From assembly GCF_009834535.1 (NCBI RefSeq), contig NC_045696.1, positions 72,666,001 to 72,730,000 of the forward strand: DNA of 64,000 nucleotides. Reading direction: 5' to 3'. This DNA is from Camelus ferus. Taxonomy: Eukaryota. Numbering within the stretch: position 1 is the first letter of the stretch; the number at the start of each line of letters is the position of its first letter. The translations under genes were made by a program, and so were the position numbers. Below are positions 1 through 11,200 of the stretch, piece by piece. The notes beneath the pieces were generated by a model, which was given only the letters and a program-made list of their open reading frames with translations, was not told where the DNA came from and searched no databases.

Positions 1-1940
1 AACTCAGCCTTGAAATGGGTATTAGCCAAGCTCTTCCTGAAAATTGACAGAAAGTGTAATGGGGTAGATCTCAGCTCCCCAAAAGTCCTCTCCCCAATTC
101 ATATGCAAGCAGAGGTGGGTTTGTTTTGTAAGCCTCTCTTTCTGTTGAGCTCTAGCTCAAGGCTTTGAACAGAGAGCTGCTGCCTTTCTTCTGAGGTGAA
201 ACTGCCTTCACTAAGGGACGGGAGGTAGTACTAGAACTCTCTGGCATTACTGTTTTAACCCTGCATCTTGAATGTCCTGCATCTTAAGCACGTGTTCATG
301 ATCACCTCAAACCATAATGTCCATCATTCATAAATGAAGCTGAGGACAACACCCTGGGGCCCCTCTTGCTGCCACACTGAAAAGGCTCAGTATCAATCAG
401 AAACTTTCTCCTGGCTGGTCCGTCTGCTACTGCCGTCTCATTCCCAAGCCCCCATTCCACATGGTCAAATGAGAGTTTCTTGTGACATTTACTGGTTTTG
501 AAGAAAGTGGTTGCTTCTCTATCACTAGTCTTCTGTGTCTTTTGCGTTAGATCTGGTCTAAAAAATGATAGTAATACGCAAATAATAAAATATAAATTTG
601 GCAGATTTAATGCCAACATAATATTCCCACTTCTCCAAAATCAAAACTCACTGTAAAAGTACCAGGACATAGCATTCGGAGTCACACTGATTTTCTCTCA
701 GGGAAAAATATATCTGCATATAGAATGACTTAATACATATGAGTTAAGTTTTGAAGATAACCTCCATGTCTTTTTTGCTCCTGGACTTAATTCACACGGT
801 TGTTTCCTTAGGCATCAAAGACGTCACCACTGCCTTGACTGTTCTCTGTGGGCCGATGTGGCTGAAATGGACAATGCATAATCAACACGTGGCCAATATA
901 TTTATAAATAAAATGATGGGGACAATTTCCGGAAATGTGGTTTTTTTCTCCAAACTTAAGACATTTTCCTTCCTTTTTAAACTTATATTTATCTTTCTGT
1001 AAGAATGGAGTTTTTAGAGGAAGCAGTAGGTAAAGGCGTCTCTTAGATGTTCTTGCCTTAGATGACTAAACAAAATTATTATATTTCACTGATTTGAATG
1101 CAGTTTGGGCTTGTGTTTGTGTGTTTGTTTGGTGATGTTATTTGTAAGAACTATGACTGTTGGAATAATGCTGGGCAGGGTGGGTGGGGGGCCCACTACC
1201 TACCTGGAGTAGTTTGATTTGTTTTCTGTGTCTATAATCAAATAACTTATAAATGATCCGCCGCGTTGCGTGATGTTTACAATTTTGCTGTCAGAATCAC
1301 ATATAAATGCTTTGTGGTTGAATTCACCAAGGTTTCGTTTTAAATCATGTAGGTCTCTGAGCCATTTCCACCAAAACGTGGTAAAATGCAGAAGTTGGCA
1401 ATTCAATTTTATTCAGCCTTTCAAGGAAGAAGGGCCCGATAAGCTTTGCTTGTTCACGTCAGTGATAATACTCATCGGTGAGGCCTAAATCTAATTCTGT
1501 AGGCTTGCTACTGCTTTGTTGTACTGTCATTTCTGAATCTCAATCTTCCCTCTCTCTGCCCCCCTCTCCTGCTCCCTCTCTTTTCTAATCACAGCAAAAA
1601 GTTTCTTAAGGACTTAACTTACAGCCAAGGGCTGGCCTCCCTTTTAATTTGTCCTGCTTCCCCACAGCACTTGTACTTTCTGTTCAGGCAGAGGTGAGGT
1701 CAGTTCTCAGGGCCCGGCTCTCCGGACACCCTCACTGATGACCTCATTAGAGTCACAGATGTTTGCTGCACTTTGGGAGATCTGGAAAAAACAGAGCAGT
1801 AAACTAGGCCAGCTTGCAGTAGGGCTGTTACCCACAATTCAAGATAAAATGCTGGATAGTTCCCACTAGGGTCTGGTCGGCTAGGAAACGGCAACTTATT
1901 AATCTTGTGTCAGAGAGCCAGCTGCAGCCGTGGCAGTTAC

Positions 1941-1943
1941 CAT
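1941..1943 (-). CDS. NFIA: Start codon only (phase-0 donor follows); remainder of the CDS would lie beyond the left edge of the window
   Basis: ATG with A at -3, directly followed by a GTAACT donor. No downstream coding exon is visible in the window. Confidence 0.4.
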
Positions 1944-2220
1944 ATTTCACCACCAACTCCATGTCTGGACAGCCATTGTCTTTTTTTTATGAAAAAACTC
2001 TACAAATCAGCTGCGTTCTCTCTCTCCCGCTCCCTCTCGGTTCCCCCTGTAACTTAGCGGAGCCCCTGCTCGTCCTCCGTGGAGAGACGGCACTCCAGCC
2101 CTGATGGAGTCCGGGCGCGGCGTCCATCCTGTGGTCGGTTTACTAATTCAGAGAGACTGCTTACTTTCCAACTTTAATGATATTCCCTCAGCATATCACT
2201 TTGGTTGCCTGGCGACCGGA
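1941..2220 (-). other. NFIA: Putative alternative first exon (5'UTR plus terminal ATG) of a minus-strand gene, probably NFIA
   Basis: CpG-rich unique sequence. The minus strand reads ...GGTGGTGAAATATG|GTAACTG, with ATG at 1943-1941 abutting a GT donor at 1940-1939. An ATG-only first exon matches the recalled NFIA isoform starting MDEFHPFIEALL. The 5' end is estimated and the gene identity is from recall, not a search. Confidence 0.45.
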
Positions 2221-2460
2221 TTTGAGCTAGGCCTCTCATTTGATTCCCACACATCAGACCCTGAAAAGCACTTTTTTTCCCGTCCCTCAGCTTTTGATTC
2301 TTTCTGCTCTGAAACCCTTCCCCCTGCGGTGTCGGTATGGGTGGGCAGAGCGGGGTGGAGGAGGGCAAGGGTGACGCGCGGCCTGTGGCGCACTGGTCAC
2401 ACATCAAGGCCTCCAGACAAAGCCTCCAGGAACCCTTCCTGACAAACACAAATTCCCCTC
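2200..2460 (-). promoter_or_regulatory. CpG-retaining promoter region with RFX X-box and GC-rich motifs
   Basis: GTTGCCTGGCGAC at 2204-2216 (X-box-like palindrome), G-rich GAGCGGGGTGGAGGAGGG and GGTGACGCGCGG, many CpGs relative to the flanks, and no transposons. Confidence 0.55.
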
Positions 2461-5012
2461 AGAAAAAGCAAATTTGGCTTTCCCTTCGTAGTGTGGGTGT
2501 CATTTGAAGACTCTCCTTAGATACTTTATTAAATCTGATGCTTTTCATTGTTTTTCATGCCGTTTCTCACCAAAGACTTCCTATTATCAACAAGTTGCTA
2601 TAGAAGTAAGCAAACAGATTCAGAGAAGAACTGAAATCAGCTAATAACTGCGAGCCTGCCGCCCACATCCTTATAGGTTTTAATATTATAATGTACACAT
2701 TAATAACAAAAACTATCCTAATTTTCCTATAACGCACCCCTCTTCCCACAGTGCAGAGACGTTTTAGGCAAAAATCTGCCAGCTAAAGTCCAAACTGCAA
2801 CTGCAAAAGAAAATGGAAGGTTTGCCTCTTTGGGTCTTTGTAAAGAAAAACAGAGACGCTTACAACCATTGTTTGAAAAGGCTCAAGTGAGAAAAATTGC
2901 CGTGAGCATGTATATGTTTGTTTTGTGGTTGAGGCAACTTAAAAAAGAAAAGAAGAAGAAAAGAAAGTAAAAGAAAAATTCACAAGAAGTGCATTTGAGT
3001 TTCTTTCAATCGTTTTTAATTGTTTAAATGAAATTTTATGTGCTGTGATCATGTCCTCAAAACAGCACAATAACAAGAAACAGTTGGAGCACTTATGAGC
3101 TGGTGAGTTTCACTGACTAGAGTTCGCGTGTACACTGATACACACAGATTTCACATATCTATGTGTGCAGTCTATACACAGTCTATATATGTATATAAAC
3201 GCATGTCTGCGCACTTGGACATGTATTTATAGATGTCTCTTGAGATATTAAAGCCTCCACAGGCATGCCTTTTTTGATGATCAGTCTATTGTAAAATCTA
3301 ACTCACATATTCTTGTTGGAGTTTATTTTCTCACAGACCCCTGAAAGATTTGCTCATGTAACTCCCATTCTCATGTGCAAATCCCCTGTGTATTAATGGG
3401 AGAATGGACTTCTAATTCCACAGGAGAGCTGAAAGTAGGATCCTTAACCTTTACTCTCTCGTTGTTGAACTTATATAAGGCTAACAAAAGTTCTTTACCC
3501 TTTTTTCAACTAATGTGTACAAAGTTACTGCTTTTCCACTAACACTTTTTTGGATTCCTCCCCATGCACCCACCCCCACATCACCCTCCATTTTCTGTAC
3601 TGACAACATCTACTACCTGCGACATTATTCCTTATGTGGTTACGAAGTGGCTGAGGGAGGCAGTTTCATACTGTACATTCCCACATGCCCAAAAGGGATG
3701 TTTTCAGATTAGTGCTTAAGCCTCATTTTTCTTCTGTTCAAAGTTGTAATTAATACATTATTTGCATTTTAGCTGTGCAGATGGGCAAAGCAGATATCTA
3801 TTTATAAATTCTATTGATTCAGTTATTGTAATATTTGGTAGTTTTATACTTCATGTATGCCAAGAACATTTTGGTTTTTGAAAATTGCATGATATATATA
3901 TATTAAACCCAGTAGATATTGAATGAGTGCTATATAAAATATTTCTTTGATAAGAGATACTTATAAAGCAAGTTAAGCAGGCTCCCTTCAGTTTTATTTT
4001 TTCCTTCTGAATTGAATGGTAGATCAGGCCAAGAAGATAAAACTCAATATAAAAATATATTTGATATAAAAATTCAGTATAACACACTAATGGCAGCATT
4101 TCATATTTGGGCTGTGATTAAGGAGGCAGAGGGTCAAGTAGAAAAAAAACCTAATTGTTTGCAGGGAGCTGGGGGAGTTGGGGTGGATTTGGATACTGAA
4201 GGTGGAGTAAATGGAATGACTTAAATAACTGAATAATATCTCAAATATCCTTACTGGAAAAAAAAGTTTGAAACCCCCAATAAAGAGTTGACCTGAGTTT
4301 CTGTGACTTTTCATTAATATTAAAATGTTCAAAATTAATAGTAGAAAATCAGTGTTGTTGTCTTTCTCTAACTTAATGCAAAGTATAATTGTTATTCTAT
4401 TTGCTCCTTCCTCTACTTCCTCACTCTAATTGGATCTAAACTAGAAATTAAAAAAAAAAAAGAAAGAAAAGAAAAGAAGCCAAACAACAAAAAAATGGAA
4501 TACCTTAAGAAAGGATTTCCTTAAAAATATTTTCAATCTTGCAGATATCAAGTTTCTAAAACTCCTGTGATGGAAACCTGATCATTTCTAGTTCCTTTTC
4601 AGAGTGTAGACCACTGGCTAGGCATGCACTTTTGGATGCTTGCCTAAATTGTTTTGTCTGTAATTCCCACTGCAAATAGCAACTCACCTAGCCTGTAGGC
4701 TGTCCTCCGATTCTGGAGACCCTTGTATGTTCAAAAGGAACAGAGAACATGAGTAGGGAATGGGTGATGTTTCACTCTTTTTCTCTGTAAAGGACAAAAG
4801 AGAGTCAAGTCTGGGTTTGGAAAAATACTTAGTGATCTTGTTAATAAATGGATGGCCATCAGAAACTTAGAATTATTTTGTAGTTAGCTATTTTCATGCT
4901 GACAAGGTGTGCATTTATTTAAGATTAAAATAAAAGGGTTGGGGGGAATCTTTGATCCAGGATTGTTGACCCAAATGAGTGTTTCAGTTGTTAAGAGCTA
5001 ATCAAGATTTAT

Positions 5013-5049
<37 letters not shown>
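5013..5049. repeat. (ATC)12 microsatellite
   Basis: Perfect trinucleotide run read directly. Confidence 0.95.
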
Positions 5050-6289
5050 ATGTAGCATGCAAGGCACAGTCGTATTAAAAATAGTAAATATGTTACAATC
5101 CCAAGTAGCACCTCGCTCTTATTTGTATGCTACCCTATAAACGATACCTATAAATAGTGAGCTGCGTAATAAGGAAAGGAAAAGGAAAATGGGGGAATCT
5201 GGAGTTGTGTCCTTATCCTTGTCATGACACTTGAGCCTCAGTTTCCTTACCTGTACAACCAGAGAACTGTGTCACATAATTTTCCAATAGTCTTCAAGTA
5301 GTCCTCACTGTTTGGTCCTTACTATATGTTCTGTGGTCTCTGAGGTCCCATTGATAGTTCCTATTCCGATGTCATGAAGAGGAAAAGAAGGTTATTGGGC
5401 GCGTGTGTGAGTGTGCTTAAGAACCACGTGAACATCTCAGCCTTTCCAACAGGATACCACTCAACTGAGTCCACATGGTGAATATCTGCATTGTCACAGT
5501 TTTAAAAACAAAGGCTCATGAAGTGTGGGGGTGGGAGGGAGAAAGAGAAAAAAAGACACCACCACCAAATGTAGACTCCCAGAAGAAATCGGAAACCCCT
5601 CAATTTATTTCTCTTTGTGCATCTGAAAGCTTTTAAAAGTCAAAACAGACTTCTTTTTGAACATTTCTAGCCGATCTCACTGTTCCTGTTGTTGCATGCA
5701 CCGAGTTTAAATTCTCAGCACAGATGAACACAGCCCAGCGGAAGTTCTAATCCTCAAAAAGTAGACAAATAACAGGGAAACTCCAACGGCCCCTTAATAC
5801 AGCTGAGCTCTCAGGCCTCCCCGGGATGTGGGATTCTGAGTGGTGCCCGAGTTGGGTTTGCTATTTTGTTTGTCCCCATGAGCCCCACCTCGGCGTGCCG
5901 ATGCACTGATGTAAGAATTCCAAATGAGCTTGCTCAGAAGGGCCCAGATTAGCCGGGTTGCTAGGCGCTCCCATTCCAACCCCCTTTTCCACTTCAGTGG
6001 ACTGAGCTTTTGACACTATGAAAAGCACCATTTAAAATTAATTAAAGCTTCTTATTTGGTACCAAATCTCATCACTGCCGACTACATTTAATATGTTTTA
6101 TGTGTGGCTTTAAGTCCCTGTCGCATCATGTGTTGTATGATCCTGCAATGAAGCAGCTACAAGTTAGAAAACACAGGAGCAACCAGAATTTAGCTCTTGG
6201 GTATTTTATCTGGTGGGTTAAACTGCACAGCTAGTCTTCTAGTCTCCTGGGTGATGCAAATTTCGTTAAATGATAGAATGGTGTCCTGT

Positions 6290-6610
6290 GTGGAACTGAA
6301 GGCAGGAGACCTGAGTTCTAGTCCTGCTCAGCCACTAATTTGTTATTAGGAGGATGGGCAAGACATAGTTACATTTTACTTGTTTTGTTTTTGTTTGTTT
6401 GCTTGTTTTGGGGTGGAGGTAATTTATAAATTTATTTATTTTTTATGGAGCTATGGGGATTGAACCTAGGACCTCAAGCATGCTACACTGAGCTATATAC
6501 CCTGCCCCACATAGTTACATTTTAAAACTTCAGTTTCTTCATCTGTAGAAGAAAAAGACTGGACTGCAATGGCGGACACTGCATCCAGTTTGAATGCTTT
6601 AGGATTCTGA
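6290..6610 (+). mobile_element. MIR/MIR3 SINE interrupted by a younger SINE
   Basis: GGCAGGAGACCTGAGTTCTAGTCCTG...CTTCAGTTTCTTCATCTGTAGAA MIR core, split at 6363-6524. Confidence 0.7.
6379..6508 (-). mobile_element. Camelid tRNA-derived SINE (Vic-1-like)
   Basis: GGGGATTGAACCTAGGACCTC...CACTGAGCTATA (antisense B and A boxes), T-rich tail, and a 16-bp TSD ACATAGTTACATTTTA at 6363-6378 and 6509-6524. Confidence 0.85.
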
Positions 6611-6614
6611 GTAG

Positions 6615-6875
6615 GAGGCACGGTTGTAGTGTAGATTAGACTCACAAGTTTTAGGGTCAAACCGATCTGGGTTAAAACTCAGGTTAACAATTTATTGTGC
6701 ATCACTGAACAAGTGATGGCTCTCTTGGACTTTCAGTTTCATCATCTGTAAAATGGGGTCAATACTTGTACCTCCCTCATAGGGACTGTTGTGAAGATTA
6801 AATGGGGTAATGCATTTATTCGCTTAAACAGTCCCTTGTGCATATTAAGCCCTCAACAAATGTCAGCTAGTTTCA
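6615..6875 (+). mobile_element. MIR SINE, near full length
   Basis: CAGTTTCATCATCTGTAAAATGGGG core followed by GTTGTGAAGATTAAATG and the L2-like tail CTCAACAAATGTCAGCTA. Confidence 0.85.
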
Positions 6876-8034
6876 TTATAAGAACTTGCAACTTGTTTGT
6901 TGCCATTGCATTTGGATTCAATATTATTGGTAATCAAAGTCCTGTGAGTTCTTAACTCCCAAACATCTGCTATAAACAATGTCTTCAAATTCAAGATACT
7001 TTGTCACTTCTACAAGCCACAAATTATTTTCCAGTCTGTTAGCTTCAAATGACTTATTAATAACTTTCTCCAAAAGAGACCAACTTGTCCATCTCATTGT
7101 TCTTTCAAAAAAATAACCTGTCAATTAAATAAAATAACAATAGTAATAATAGTAAGGACTCTTTAAGGTGCAGGAAGGTCTTGTGGGCAGACAAAAAGGA
7201 AGTAAAACCTTTTTTTTAAACTGTGACAAAAATAATACAAGTAATATGCTTGACCGAACCCAGTCTGAATTTCATCTGCTTCCAGGAATCTTGCTTTTTT
7301 ACGGTTTGCTTGCATTGCTAAAATATATGACATATTTGTTTGGACTGTGGCAATCCCTCCTCAATCTTTTGTGCACTGTGGTTTAACAGAAGGGAAAAAT
7401 CAAAGATTTTATGAAGAAAAGAGTAATGATAATCCTCAGTTGCATACCAGAAGACTTGTGTACGTGGGAGACAAAGGGTTTTCTTTATTGATTGGTGAGT
7501 CAAATAAGAAATACATGCTTGTATAGAGCCAATCTTAATGTAGAAGTAATCCAGTACTTGAATGCTTCTTGAAGACTTAGCAAAACATGTCACATTTTTT
7601 ATCCATGAAAAAAAATTCTTGACCCTTCAACAAATAGGGGTGCTTTTTGAAACACCATTGTATCTTTTTATTTTTATATTTTTATCTGGTTCACACTCTG
7701 AAATACAGTTTTAGAGAAGCGTCAAAATAAAAACTACACAGTGGGAGAAAAATAGACTGATGTGCACAGTAAGTGGTGAGGAACCTTCCATTTACCTGAT
7801 GCAGCGGCAGAAAACACAGGGTGGCCACTCTATTAATGCTTTAAGCAAGGTCAGGATTCAGCCCATGTTTTAAACAAGTGACTAATTCAAACTGGAAAAT
7901 TCTTTGGTTACAGTAGTTTGTGGAACTGTCCTGAATGAAAATGCTCTGCAAAGCTTTTCCATTATGAGGTAAAGCTTTCATTATTAGGTATCCGTTGGGA
8001 AGTTTATCAGTTTTGTGTATTGTCTTAATTCTAA

Positions 8035-8215
8035 AAATGTTGGCAAGTTACTGCCCCTGAGTCTCAGTTTCTTCATCCATAAAATGGGAAGCATAATAAT
8101 AATATCTATCTCATTGACATATTGTGATGTGATGATTTGCGTAACGTATCTGCAGTATCTGCTGTATATTTGCAGTGCCCGACGTGTATGCAGGTCCTCA
8201 CTAAGTGCTATGTCC
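8035..8215 (+). mobile_element. MIR SINE fragment
   Basis: GGCAAGTTACTGCCCCTGAGTCTCAGTTTCTTCATCCATAAAATGGGAAGCATAATAAT. Confidence 0.8.
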
Positions 8216-11200
8216 CATCCCCGGTATTACAGCAAGGCATTAAAAAGGGTTTAGTTATTACTGTGCATTACCACAAGGTTGATCACATCTGAGCCATCCC
8301 CACCAACATTGTGTGTGGTTTGGCTTAATAGGAAATCAAAACAAAACCCTGAGAAACATATGATTATCTCAAAAAGCACCAGAATGCTTTTCTCAATGTA
8401 GGAGTACTACAAATACAAGGGGTTTTCTCGGAGGAGCAAATAAGACTATTTCCTTGCATAGAACCAGCCTTAACATTTAATAGCCAGCATACAGCTACTT
8501 TCAAAAGAAAGCCCTACTGTTCTGGACCTTTTGTTTCCTGGGTATGACAGAATCTCTGTGTATGACTGAGATCAACAGCTAGATATCCAGGAGCCGGCAG
8601 ATCAAATACTATTTCCCTCTAATGTTGCTGTTTGCAACTTAGCAAAATGCTAGTATGTTTGTGTGACCCTCTATCTAGGTGAAATTCTTAATTAACAGAA
8701 GGACCAAAGAGAAGTAAATAGGGAAAAGTTATAGTTACTAGTTACACTTATAAAGAGGAAATAAATATGAAAATGTTTATTCCCTGTGGCAGACAATAGA
8801 ATATTCATTCAATTTAAATTTTACTTGTGTGTTTATGTTTTCCCCCCAAATACTATCATAAAAATATTTTATTAAGTTCAATTTGACTGTTAAGTGTTTT
8901 TAGTTGCAAGAAGATACATTGTGTTTCTTAATGTATTGCTCTAACAATTTATTTGGTAGCAGTGGAGTCAACTGTGGACATGAGATTTGAAAAAAAATTA
9001 ATATCTCCAAGCAGATCATTTTGTTGCTAAATATACCTTTAACCAAAATCATTGCAAATGAGTGTGCTTCCAAATATGAATATATCTGCAAAAGTCTTGA
9101 CATATCACTTATCTAATATTGCATAATGCATAAAAATAACATGAATACTAATTGCTTTTTCCTACTGTTTGGTAGTTAAAGAAATTGCTTTAAATTAGAA
9201 AGGAATAATCAAATTACTTCAGCTCTGATATCAACAAAACTATGAATAAACTTTTCTGTTTTTATCCTGAGAATCTGTAATAACCTAAAGAAAATAGTTA
9301 GCGACTATAGATCAACCTTTTCACCTGCAACGATAGAAAGACGCTGGCTTTATTTCACATAAGGTGAAAAGAAAAAAGTAAACTCACTAATACCTGCTCA
9401 AGTTTGGTAAAAAGTGATCTTTCAAATAATCTCAATCCAGAGTCAAGGTGTCCACTAACAAAGGGACAAACCATATAACCTGCATGAGTACAAGTTTTAT
9501 GTCAAAACACAGCAAAGCAGTCCATTTATGTATTGCTTTCCAAATTAATGTTGCTATTAGCGGGCGACCAAAATCAAAGTGGTAAAGCTATTCTATCACT
9601 ATTACACACACTCAAATACTAATATTAAAATTAAGAATGATCTGTTATAGCTATAACCAAACATACTGCCCATATAGAGTCCAAAATTAAATGCTAATTT
9701 GATGTATAATTGATCAATTTATAATTCCTCAGGTGATGTTTCTGTGTTTGCCACTCACATAATCTATATTTTCCTTTTTGTTAAGCCCCGTTTTGAACAC
9801 GTCAAATTTATTTACCTCAAATAAATCTTTAAAGAGAAGAACGATGTAAGAACATATTCTTCTTTTCTGTTGGAATAGAATCAACAAGAACAAATCCCTT
9901 GTTGCCGGGTTTGTTTGTTGTTGTTGTTTTAAATTCTCCCTACTCTGGCCTTCTACCCCAAGGAGTAGGAACTTCTGCTTCCCTTGTTTTCCTAGAAACT
10001 CTTTGAAAAACATCAATCCCCCCTGTAGGCTTTAGGAAGTTTGCTGATCCTATCAGCTTAGGGGCAGCTACATTCACAGGAAAACGTAGCATCCAGGATC
10101 ACTGTCTCCTTTCTGAAAGCGGGGTGAAGACATCAGGCTCTCTGTTTGCTACTCGTATATGACCAAGATTAAATAACTGGGCACTGGGAACTGATAGACC
10201 CATTAGTATTTCACCCTCAAGCTGCTAAAAATAGTTTTCACCTTGTGCCAGTCACCTCTCTTTATTTGCTAACTGAAATAGAATAACTATGGATTGAGGT
10301 AAAGTTTTCTGGTCTCTGAGAGGAGACCAATACCTAATTTTGAATTCAGCATCCTAACTATGAACATCCTCAGCTCAAAAGGTAGGGTTGCAATGGCTTA
10401 ATTTGACATAAAGAATATCACTGATTTCACATTTAGAAGAAGTTGTTGAAATACTTCATATTTGAACAGAGACTTGTTTCCCGTAACAGTGGGGGAAATG
10501 TTCATTAACCATCAAGAAAAAGATGAGCCCAGGTTTTATCACTTGGAAAGAGAAGAAGGGAAGGAGTGACATTGCAATGACAGTATCAGACATAAAGCTA
10601 TGGGAGCTTTTCACCTGTACTAGGTGAGGATGAGAGAAGACAATTCTCTTATTTGGTCAGAAGAATGAATCCTGGTTTCTACTAGTTAATTAAGCAATTA
10701 GTATAAACAGCTGGTGTGGGCCAAACAGCTACAGGGAAAAAGTCTTTAGAATCAAGATAAGAAAAATGTGCTTTCCTTAACTTCGTAAAAGTCTTAGAAG
10801 AGGACTAAAGGAAAAATCAAGTATTCATAATTTTGCATACTTAGTCCCAAGCAGTACAAATAATAAATGTTTTTCCTGATAAACAATCTAGTACCTTTTA
10901 ATCTATTAAGGTAATGTAATAAAGGGCAAATAGAAACACGTCTATAAAGAAAAAGAGAATCTTTCTTCTGAAGCGAACCATGCACTACTGAGCTTAAAGC
11001 CCCCTGTGCCCCATTCATCCTCATGACCTAACCCCTCTGACCTCTTAGAAACCTAATACATTTCCTATTTTCCTAGTACTCACACCCCCGGAAGACTCTT
11101 CTTTATATGGTATGTAACTTTTCCTTACTTTACTACACCAACAGAAAGTCACTATATTTTAATGCACGTAGAATGAGTTGTGTCTCTTCTTTTGGTATAA

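Noticed and set aside
302..619. 105-aa minus-strand ORF containing an acceptor-like TTTTTAG at 559-558
   Set aside because: No recognisable protein similarity and only weak donors (CCA|GTAAAT); not supportable as a coding exon.
6020..6040. AGCACCATTT resembling a miR-29 seed (also AGCTTATCAGA at ~13361 resembling miR-21)
   Set aside because: Similarity stops after about 10 nt and there is no precursor hairpin.
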